Below, piece by piece: positions 20,069 to 28,087 of a DNA stretch of 31,090 bases. Both the position numbers and the translations under genes were made by a program. Where the stretch lies: assembly GCA_004764695.1 (NCBI GenBank), contig SMSO01000023.1, positions 1 to 31,090 of the forward strand, written 5' to 3'. Under the pieces are notes generated by a model. That model did not search any database and had not been told where the DNA came from. It saw only the letters and a program-made list of their open reading frames with translations. This stretch comes from Schizochytrium sp. TIO01 (taxonomy: Eukaryota > Protista > Bigyra: Labyrinthulomycetes). Positions within the stretch are counted from its first letter, which is position 1, and each line of letters starts with the position of its first letter.

Positions 20069-22735
20069 ATGGCTGACAACGATGACCAAAGACGTGGCGG
20101 TGATGCTGGAAGGGGCAAGCGATCGGTACTTAGACGCGGTATCTCTGCCGTCGCATCAGCAGGGAGAGCCATGCTACCCTCTTCTTCGTCCAGCCGTCCT
20201 CCTCCACTGACTCAGGAAGATATTGGTCAAATGTCTGTGGAGGAGCTCATCGCTCTCGTTGACGACGACGAACGTATGCTAGAGCTTATTCAACATAAAG
20301 GCTTGATTCGAAAGTTAACCTCTCAAATTTTCGCTTTTACCAACGAAGGAAGCCTCCTCCCAAATAAGGATCAAGCTGCAAACGACGACTTTTCAGAAGA
20401 GTTAACCCAGAGAATCGCGGATTTGCAAAGGTCTACAACCATCTGGGAACCCTCTTCTTCGTCCAGCCGTCCTACTTCACTGACTCCGGAAGTTATCAGC
20501 CAAATGTCTGCGGAGGAGGTCATCGCTCTCGTTAATGACGACGAACAGATGCTAGAGCTTATTCAAGATGACGAGCTTCTAGAAGTGCTTCAAGACCGCA
20601 TTACTTCGTTATCGAAAGACAATCGTCTTCTTCCGGGGAAAAGCAAAAAGGAAAACCGAAAGCGTAAACAAGAATTAATCAAGAAAATTTCAACTTTCGA
20701 AGACACTGCAACCATCTGGGATCACTTCGCTCAAGATCCAGCAACGATCGAAACCAAGCGAATCTTTTCAACAACGTCGAAAAGGAACCGTCAAGACGTA
20801 GAGAATGAAGACGAAGAGGACCGCGAAGACGAAGAGGACCGCGAAGACGAAGAGGACCGCGAAGACTCATTCGATGATAGAGCAAAGCGAGTTGCTGTGA
20901 GCCAGTCCGCTGCCGAAAGTTCCGCACAACGCGAGAAGCCGAAGGGTCGAAAAGCCCAGACATCACAGATGTCGAAAGCTACGACAGAGGTCCCTGAATA
21001 CTTCATGCCACTCTACGCTGAAGGTTGGGAAATTGAGAAGGATCCCGAGTCTGATGCTGCAATTGAACTGTTCTCCAGAAAGAGGAAAATGTTCATTGAG
21101 GAATGTTATGCTCTGGAGTCTGATTCGTATGATTGTTTCCCAGAATCTGAAGTTCATGGATACATGATGAAGATATTAGGGTACATTTTAAAGGCTGGAA
21201 TGAAGAATGTTCTAAAGGATGTAATTACATACACGAACGACGGAAACTTTGCGATCGACACAAAAATGGAAGCAGCAATACAAGTTGCAGCGTCTATTTA
21301 TCATCGAAGGGTTGATATGCAAATATCTGTCAAGGATAAGACGAAGGAGGAGAAGATTCGTAAGCAACTGAGGGATGAGGATAAAACGAGAGGAAAAGTG
21401 CGCGAAAATCTATCTGCTGAGCTTAATACTCTGCTGACCAAGGCAATATTGACTATGCTCGAGTGCAAGACACCTGAAACCTTGAAGGAACGTCCTATTG
21501 ATCTGATTGATAAGTACTACGTCGAGGACTGGGCACCTAGAAACAAAGAGGTTGCAAAAAAGGAAAATCCTGATAAATACAAGGCTTTTCAACAGGCCAT
21601 CGAAACAACTAAAGTGAAAAAACTTCCTTCTCGCGCCGCGAAGAGGAGAAGTCTGGTTATTCGTACTATAAAAAGTGCCGTTGCCCAACTTTGTCTTTAC
21701 ATGGTGTCTACAGCCGTTAATTTTGGTGCATTGACGAATGGACCGCAGACGTACTTTTTCCATCGCGATTCCAAAAATCGGACTGTTAAGGTGAGCGAAG
21801 CTTTCTACTCAAATAGAAACGATAACGAAGGTCGTTCCAATCCAGGGAACTGGTCACTTGGTCAAGCGTGGCTCGTTTTTCTCTATCGTGCACTTAAAGA
21901 TCACAACCCTACCCGTGGTAATATGAACTTAGAATGGCTAAAGGACGGAAGTGAAGACACAAAAGAAATTGTGGATACTATTATAAAAGGCGATGTCAAT
22001 GTTTCAGTACAAGAACGTTCTTCGGAAGGCAGTTCTAGCGCCAGTACTAACAATAGTACAAGTCGGAATGGCAACTCCACAAGGGCACGCAGATCTAGAA
22101 ATCGTGGACCACAAAGAAATGCTGCCGTCTTTGCTGCGTTTCGACTGGGCCCTAACTTGGAGACCCCCAATATGCGAACTGTTCTGGGCGGTAAAGCTGT
22201 AGGATATCCGGACATCATGATCAACGGCGTCTCTAGCTTCGTCAAGACGACTTACGCACTGCATGATTCTGCGTATGCACTTGGACATGAGGGTCAAGTA
22301 TACGCAGCTCTGCACGCGCTGCAGGGTGATGTAGTACCACGGGTAACAGCTTGCGGTCTCGACGAGACTCTGAACCTGGTAGTTTTTGCGACGGAGCAGT
22401 GTGGTAAATCACTGTGCGATCTACATACGCAGGAATTAGAAGAGTACGGTGGACTTGAGGAACTGTACTGGAAGGCTGCTTTAGCTCTCGACAAGATCCA
22501 TAAGGCTGGTTTTATCCATGGAGATGTGGCATTGCGGAATATTGTTGTCGATGATGCTAGCAATGTGAAGTTTATCGACCTGGAGCGCAGCAAGAAGTCT
22601 CGCAGCGAAGCCCTCCGCGAAGAAGATTTTAACCTGCTCGCGGAGGCATTTGGCATTGACTCGGCAAAGGATTTCCGGACTTTGTCAAGGACCAACAATA
22701 CAGAGGCGCATCTAGAGAACAACGAGATTGTCTAA
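20069..22735 (+). CDS. 888-aa protein: duplicated N-terminal helical domain, acidic linker, PD-(D/E)xK-like nuclease and atypical protein kinase (Crinkler/CR-effector-like architecture)
   Basis: Kinase: FVK, HEGQVY..L..LQGDVVPR, IHKAGFIHGDVALRN, VKFIDLE. Nuclease-like: SEV helix, RVD, MLECKTP, AVAQLCLYM...FGALTNG..TYFFHR. Intact frame. Confidence 0.8.
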   Translation: MADNDDQRRGGDAGRGKRSVLRRGISAVASAGRAMLPSSSSSRPPPLTQEDIGQMSVEELIALVDDDERMLELIQHKGLIRKLTSQIFAFTNEGSLLPNKDQAANDDFSEELTQRIADLQRSTTIWEPSSSSSRPTSLTPEVISQMSAEEVIALVNDDEQMLELIQDDELLEVLQDRITSLSKDNRLLPGKSKKENRKRKQELIKKISTFEDTATIWDHFAQDPATIETKRIFSTTSKRNRQDVENEDEEDREDEEDREDEEDREDSFDDRAKRVAVSQSAAESSAQREKPKGRKAQTSQMSKATTEVPEYFMPLYAEGWEIEKDPESDAAIELFSRKRKMFIEECYALESDSYDCFPESEVHGYMMKILGYILKAGMKNVLKDVITYTNDGNFAIDTKMEAAIQVAASIYHRRVDMQISVKDKTKEEKIRKQLRDEDKTRGKVRENLSAELNTLLTKAILTMLECKTPETLKERPIDLIDKYYVEDWAPRNKEVAKKENPDKYKAFQQAIETTKVKKLPSRAAKRRSLVIRTIKSAVAQLCLYMVSTAVNFGALTNGPQTYFFHRDSKNRTVKVSEAFYSNRNDNEGRSNPGNWSLGQAWLVFLYRALKDHNPTRGNMNLEWLKDGSEDTKEIVDTIIKGDVNVSVQERSSEGSSSASTNNSTSRNGNSTRARRSRNRGPQRNAAVFAAFRLGPNLETPNMRTVLGGKAVGYPDIMINGVSSFVKTTYALHDSAYALGHEGQVYAALHALQGDVVPRVTACGLDETLNLVVFATEQCGKSLCDLHTQELEEYGGLEELYWKAALALDKIHKAGFIHGDVALRNIVVDDASNVKFIDLERSKKSRSEALREEDFNLLAEAFGIDSAKDFRTLSRTNNTEAHLENNEIV
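20177..20722 (+). repeat. Tandem 273-bp (91-aa) intragenic duplication
   Basis: ccctcttcttcgtccagccgtcct...atgctagagcttattcaa begins at both 20177 and 20450; both units end in TIW(E/D). Confidence 0.92.
20807..20866 (+). repeat. 18-bp perfect tandem repeat x3.3 (gaagacgaagaggaccgc; EDEEDR)
   Basis: Directly visible. Confidence 0.96.
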
Positions 22736-22776
22736 TAAAGCCAAGCCATTTCAAGGTCATGGTTCGCTTAGTTTTA

Positions 22777-22797
22777 AATAATAATAATAATAATAAT
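22777..22797. repeat. (AAT)7 microsatellite
   Basis: Directly visible, ~40 bp downstream of the nuclease-kinase stop. Confidence 0.9.
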
Positions 22798-22903
22798 ATT
22801 GTTCATACAGAATAGAAGAAGATATGATACTTCATTAATTTAAATCCTAATTTGAAAGTTCCCTGTAATCTGTCTTTCAAGATATTTTAACAAAGGGAGG
22901 TAA

Positions 22904-25900
22904 TTAAGTTTCCTCCCTCATTATGCCCAATACTAAAGATACAATTTCCTCATCATCTTCATCAAAGATTTTTCCTGCAAACTGAAGTTCAGATTGAAAT
23001 TCGTGTTTTGGAAGTAAGTTATACGAATCTTGGTGTAAGCAAATCTTGATGTAATCATTCAGAAATACCGTTAGAATACAAGACTGTTGTGACGCACTCG
23101 GGTTGACCCTGGGTAAATTTTTAGTGGGATTGTCTAATTTGAAGTATTCATTCTCAACTAATAAATTCTTGACAATGAACTTCAGAGCAAACTTTTTCTC
23201 TTCACTAGTTGTGTAGATGTCACCGACAAGTTCCACTGATTGAGCTTCCTCTTGCTTTGTGTCATAAATTTGAAGAGTCTTAAGTTCTGAAATAGATGAT
23301 ATTTGCGGTCCAATGTCAGGGAAAATTGGTTTTAGATCGCCGAGTCTTTGTTGAATTAACTGAAAGATTTTCAAAGACTCCATTCTTGAAACATATGGAT
23401 CACCAATTTTCACAAATGAGTTTTTTTCAGTTTTTTTCCAGGTCATTTTTAGTTCTGCATCAAAAGGCGTGACGTTTTGGCTATCCTTATTAAAGAGTGC
23501 TGGTACTACGTCATGACAGACAAGCGGGGTCACCTTTGCCGTCATTTCCTCTTGCGGTGAGACAATAGTACGGAAATTCTTAACATCTGACTTGCTAAAG
23601 ATTTCTTCTAGATCACCTCGATTATGTCCTTCAAAGTGCCCTGTGAAGAAATTCATCAGTGTCAATACTTCCACTGCGAGGTATTGTTTCACTTCGTCAT
23701 CTGTGAACACCTTTTTCCCACAAAGTGTATTAATTGTTTTCAAAAGCATTAATGGCGCCAAATCCAAGGCACCAACCATTGAAAATCCATTGGGGATCAT
23801 ATCCTCCTCCACGATTACTCGGTGCTCTTTCTTATCGGCAATCAGGAAGAGGCGACGATACAGGACATTTCTAAAGGTTGCCTCAATTCCAACTACTCTG
23901 AAGAGAATATGCAAATATTCTACTTCTTTCTTCGCTGCACCTGTAAAGTTCGCTTCCTTCAAAGAGACCAGATTCAACAACAGAAATCTAATCTCATCAA
24001 TAAAATCGTTGATACTTTTGTTAGTGAACTGTAGTGAGTCAATTTCTTCAAATTGTATCTTCTTCTGATTCATAATTTGCTCACTATGCTTAAGAAGAGT
24101 CAAGATTTTTCGGAGGCGTCCCGTTACTAACGAGACCAGCTTTTCCATTTCTGTCCCATTGATAATTGTGTCCTTATACTGTGCAAAAGGTCCGATCATT
24201 GACCGGTAAAAGTAAGCAAATGTCTGATTATCGATATCGTCATCTGTAAGATCCGAACTATCTGTTTTCTTGAATACCAAATCCAAGATACGTAACAGTT
24301 CGTCATCAGCTTCAACAACAATTGGGTTTTTAAATTTGTTATTCTCGATGTAGTTCATGTCGAATGAAGTCTTCGATTTTGTCTTTTGAGATTCGAAGAC
24401 GTTTGATTGTCTAATCATTGGTTCTAAGCGATCATTACTGATGTCCGACTCATCAGGAGCAATGATGACATTGTTATCATCATACTCAGTAAACATCTCA
24501 TAGAAGAGGAATCGAAGGGCACCAATAGAAGCTCCATCATCCTGGAAAAGCTTTGTAATTTCCAAAGGGGTCATTGCAGACGTCATGACATTATTCGATC
24601 CTAATTCCTGAACTGCAAGTTCTTGAATATTCTCATTGCTCAATGAAGAAAGATCTACTAATTCCGTAGATTGAAGGATCAATTCTTTTTCCTTTGCAAG
24701 CCTCTCCTCTTCTTGAGCACCTTTGAGTTCTATTTCTTGCTCAGATGAGATAGTGTCTGACTCAATAATTCTTGAGATGATTGCTTCTGCGAGACGACCG
24801 ATGGTTGCATCTTCTGTTCTTAATCCCAAAGCAATTACCAAGCTAGTCAGAGTGGTCTTCTTATTCTTATCTTGGAGAAGAATAAACTTATAGATAATGT
24901 ATCTCGCATAGACTGTGTAGTTCGACCAACGCCCGAACGTTGTCACATTCTTCGCAATTTCCAAGGCCTCCTTTGCTTCTTCGGTTCCCTTTTTCAAGAG
25001 GGCCTTCGTATTCTCATACAAAGTGTTGAGATGGTAGTATCCTGTTGTCAACTCATGTAGGTTCGGAATCATTAAAGAAGACTCATCAAGGGACTTGTTC
25101 ACGTGAGGAATATCTCCACTTCCTTCTTCCTTTGGTAGACCCGCAATCTTCAGCAGAAAATCGTACAATTCTGGTGCGATCAATTTCATTTCACCGTTTG
25201 GTGCCTTCAAAGTAGAGACTCGCGACGAAAGCAGATTTCTCTGCAGGGCGGGAAGATTTGGAATAGCTCTCGAAGGTGGAGGAGGTGGTATTTCAGGAGT
25301 TACTTCAGTAACTTCGTTTTCCTCCGGTAATTCTTGAACTGGCGTTTGAGCACTTTCTAAATTTGTTTTAAACTCAGACAGTCTGGTTTCAATAGTTTTG
25401 ACTTGTTCAAATAATTCTAAGCTTTCCACAGACTTTAGGTTGCTCGCAATAGTAGCCATGTTCTTCTTGTAACCTGCGGTCGTTTTGATTTCCTCGATGA
25501 AGTCTGTCTTTAGGTTGTCAAGTTGACTCTTCAGCTGAGCAACGTTTTCGGTAGTCACCGGGCGTTTAAGAATCTCATTGAGCGTGTTTACTAATGATTC
25601 GTAGGTCGTTAGCTTCTCATTAAGTAATTCGTCCCCTGAGGTTAAAAGTCGCAACCACACAGGATCTTTATTTTCAGAGTCAAACCGAAACTCTTTCACA
25701 CCATCTACTAATTCAACCATTTCAGTGAAAGTGCTCGTTAAATCCTTCGTATCACATTTGTCTTGAAGATCTTTAATTTCTTCTAATTTCTTTGTAACTA
25801 AATCAATTAGATTGGACGTTTGTAAGTTTTCTACACTGATCTCCGTTAAAAGTGTCTTCATTTGTTCGACACCAGACACTATTTGATCCGAACTGAAAGC

Positions 25901-27322
25901 TGAACCGAAAATTTCCTTGAGACTTTTCACTATTAGTTCTATGATATCCTTTCTCTTAGGTCTGGTAGTGTCTCCGCTGATTTCTGGATAGCATATACTA
26001 ACATTATCTGAGAATTGGATCGTTTCGTCATAGTGCTTAATCACTGAGTTCAGAATAGACAGCATCGCGTCTCTCTGTTCACCATATGTACATTCATCTA
26101 TCACTTCCATCAGGGCATCCATTTCATCCTCTTCAAGGTTTCCTGAATTGAATAGCTCTTGTAATTTACGCTGGAAATCTGCTTCTTTTATTTTACTTCT
26201 TTCTAAGGGATCAATGGAGCTCAGAAAATCATGCTTACCCTCGTCGCTACCCTGACCTTTCAAAAGTTTCCAAATGAGACGTCTTACTATGTTTTCCTCA
26301 TCTTCTGTATCGGCACGTAAAAGAATGTTTGTAATGTTTGTAGCATCTGTCTCTGAAATAAAATTTCCTTCCTTTAGAGCCTCGAGACCATTCCTAAACG
26401 ATTCTGGGTCGATCGAACCATCGGAGTCATCACCACCCTCACTCTCGTCAAAAGAATATCTTTCCATGTTATCTAGAATCTGGGATTTTAATTTCGAATT
26501 TTCTGTAGATAGGTCTTTCTTTTGCTGTGAGACCTGAACAAGTTTACGGTTCAGCTTGTCCAGCATTTCAGTCTGATTGTTTTTGGTTGCTTGGATATAT
26601 TTTAAGGAATGTTTCAGTATTCTTATGTCGTTTTCTAGACCCTTACGAACCATCTCGTCTGCTTCAATCTTTTTACCAAGCTCGAGAACTTTCTCTTCAA
26701 GACCAACTTTCTCCTCTCTTGCCTTTGTCTTCACTTCGTCCAGCATCGATGAGAAAACTTCTTTCTGTCTCTGCGTCACGGAATCAACAAAGGGTATACT
26801 GACTGCTATATTCGACTGATTCTTTTTCAACTCAGCCTCCTTCCGGTGCAATAACTCGTCATTTTCTCTTCGGTTAAGCGTTAGAAGAATATTTTTCCCA
26901 GTTCGCTTGGAGTCACCAAGTGCCGAAAGGTATGTACTATCTCCTAAATTTCTGCCGTCATCCTCTTTGTAAGGAATATCAGACGGGATAATGGCTCGTT
27001 GGTCACTAGAACCAAACAATGCACTAGTTTTATCAACTCGAGATCGCCCAAAAAGCTCAAGAATGGAAGGACCAGTTAAAGAGATATTTTTTAAAGGAAT
27101 ATCTTCTCCATCGCGAGTTTTGAAATGCGGCGCTGATGCTGAGCTTCTTGCATGGGAAGCATCACACTTACAAAAGAAAGATGCATTCGTTGGGCACATA
27201 CACGGTTCATAAATGTTTCGCGATGCATCGTTCAACATCCCGCAGTCATCACACTCGAACAGATACGCACCACATGAATTACAGGCATGTATTCCTTCGA
27301 TATATTTCCCACTAGTTCCCAT
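22904..27322 (-). CDS. Large hypothetical protein (1,472 aa): N-terminal Cys cluster, coiled coils, central polyproline
   Basis: Intact ATG ORF; CNSC..CDDC..CMC..CKC at the N-terminus; E/K/L-rich heptad segments; PPPPP near the middle. Confidence 0.85.
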   Translation of the reverse strand: MGTSGKYIEGIHACNSCGAYLFECDDCGMLNDASRNIYEPCMCPTNASFFCKCDASHARSSASAPHFKTRDGEDIPLKNISLTGPSILELFGRSRVDKTSALFGSSDQRAIIPSDIPYKEDDGRNLGDSTYLSALGDSKRTGKNILLTLNRRENDELLHRKEAELKKNQSNIAVSIPFVDSVTQRQKEVFSSMLDEVKTKAREEKVGLEEKVLELGKKIEADEMVRKGLENDIRILKHSLKYIQATKNNQTEMLDKLNRKLVQVSQQKKDLSTENSKLKSQILDNMERYSFDESEGGDDSDGSIDPESFRNGLEALKEGNFISETDATNITNILLRADTEDEENIVRRLIWKLLKGQGSDEGKHDFLSSIDPLERSKIKEADFQRKLQELFNSGNLEEDEMDALMEVIDECTYGEQRDAMLSILNSVIKHYDETIQFSDNVSICYPEISGDTTRPKRKDIIELIVKSLKEIFGSAFSSDQIVSGVEQMKTLLTEISVENLQTSNLIDLVTKKLEEIKDLQDKCDTKDLTSTFTEMVELVDGVKEFRFDSENKDPVWLRLLTSGDELLNEKLTTYESLVNTLNEILKRPVTTENVAQLKSQLDNLKTDFIEEIKTTAGYKKNMATIASNLKSVESLELFEQVKTIETRLSEFKTNLESAQTPVQELPEENEVTEVTPEIPPPPPSRAIPNLPALQRNLLSSRVSTLKAPNGEMKLIAPELYDFLLKIAGLPKEEGSGDIPHVNKSLDESSLMIPNLHELTTGYYHLNTLYENTKALLKKGTEEAKEALEIAKNVTTFGRWSNYTVYARYIIYKFILLQDKNKKTTLTSLVIALGLRTEDATIGRLAEAIISRIIESDTISSEQEIELKGAQEEERLAKEKELILQSTELVDLSSLSNENIQELAVQELGSNNVMTSAMTPLEITKLFQDDGASIGALRFLFYEMFTEYDDNNVIIAPDESDISNDRLEPMIRQSNVFESQKTKSKTSFDMNYIENNKFKNPIVVEADDELLRILDLVFKKTDSSDLTDDDIDNQTFAYFYRSMIGPFAQYKDTIINGTEMEKLVSLVTGRLRKILTLLKHSEQIMNQKKIQFEEIDSLQFTNKSINDFIDEIRFLLLNLVSLKEANFTGAAKKEVEYLHILFRVVGIEATFRNVLYRRLFLIADKKEHRVIVEEDMIPNGFSMVGALDLAPLMLLKTINTLCGKKVFTDDEVKQYLAVEVLTLMNFFTGHFEGHNRGDLEEIFSKSDVKNFRTIVSPQEEMTAKVTPLVCHDVVPALFNKDSQNVTPFDAELKMTWKKTEKNSFVKIGDPYVSRMESLKIFQLIQQRLGDLKPIFPDIGPQISSISELKTLQIYDTKQEEAQSVELVGDIYTTSEEKKFALKFIVKNLLVENEYFKLDNPTKNLPRVNPSASQQSCILTVFLNDYIKICLHQDSYNLLPKHEFQSELQFAGKIFDEDDEEIVSLVLGIMREET

Positions 27323-28016
27323 TCAGATTGACAGTTCCTTGCTCCATTTTATTTTTTTAAAATACTTATAACATGGCTTACTACTATAAATTTAACCTTT
27401 TGATGGTCAAATGAATTTACAAATTGTAGGGCACTGGTCTGATCTGCGCCTTGAGTTAAGAATCAAGATAAAGTTAAGTAATGCGTATGGAAGCCTAATA
27501 ACTAAAGAAAAGAAAAATTTATGATTAGCGAGATACTGGTTCAGTAGAGATAGGAATTAAGAGAGAAGTACCTAGGTAGTATATAGAGTATTATTGAGAC
27601 TCGGTACTTAGAACCCGCGATCACCTGGAGATAAATTCCTCGGAATACTTATTTCCCAGGTGTATTATGTCAATCTGCAGTCTCACATACCTAACTTCCG
27701 GAGCCGCCGCCCGCTTACCTTCACTCAGCTATCTATAGTGACTGATATGAGTTTGGATTGAATTTTTTTGGTCCACCATCGAACAATTATAGAAGAATCG
27801 ATTGAAAGAATCAGTATGTTTGATCGTGTACGAAACCCATTCATTATCTTTTGATTTTTTCAGCCTCGTTAATTTCTTAGTAGTCAATACATGTGGTCCC
27901 ATAATACCGCACCGCAATTTTTTTGAAGGCATACAGTAAACATTGATACAACGGGGACCCCTTACTTGAAGATTGAGGTAGATACGAATTGTCAGATAAT
28001 GTAGTCGGGAATGCAA

Positions 28017-28059
28017 TGCATTTGTTGCATTAAAGCATTTATTGCGTTAAAGCATTTGT
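28017..28059. repeat. Imperfect 17-bp tandem repeat (gcattt.ttgc.ttaaa, ~2.5 copies)
   Basis: gcatttgttgcattaaa / gcatttattgcgttaaa / gcatttgta, just 3' of the SHIPPO gene. Confidence 0.6.
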
Positions 28060-28087
28060 AAGCTATAAATAGCTAATGCATGCAGTC

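Larger units (their letters stand above)
1..27350. mobile_element. Putative endogenous giant-virus element (Nucleocytoviricota- or Mirusviricota-like); left end outside the window, right boundary approximate
   Basis: RNR R1 and R2, A22-type resolvase, TBP-like gene and UDP-sugar dehydrogenase homolog occur with many ORFans, short AT-rich spacers and no evident introns. Several genes are disrupted, and the block abuts a typical eukaryotic SHIPPO-repeat gene. Confidence 0.75.

Noticed and set aside
20807-20866. Short direct repeats as a CRISPR-like array
   Set aside because: The repeats are contiguous, have no spacers, and are in-frame coding; no cas genes are present.
359-27212. Numerous short antisense or alternate-frame ORFs within long genes (e.g. 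359-709, 9918-10649, 12108-15437, 20679-22722, 23592-27212)
   Set aside because: They are shadows of well-supported genes and have no motifs of their own.
27729-28016. 95-aa minus-strand ORF in the junction region
   Set aside because: No motif or coding-like composition; it lies in the probable 3' flank of the SHIPPO gene.
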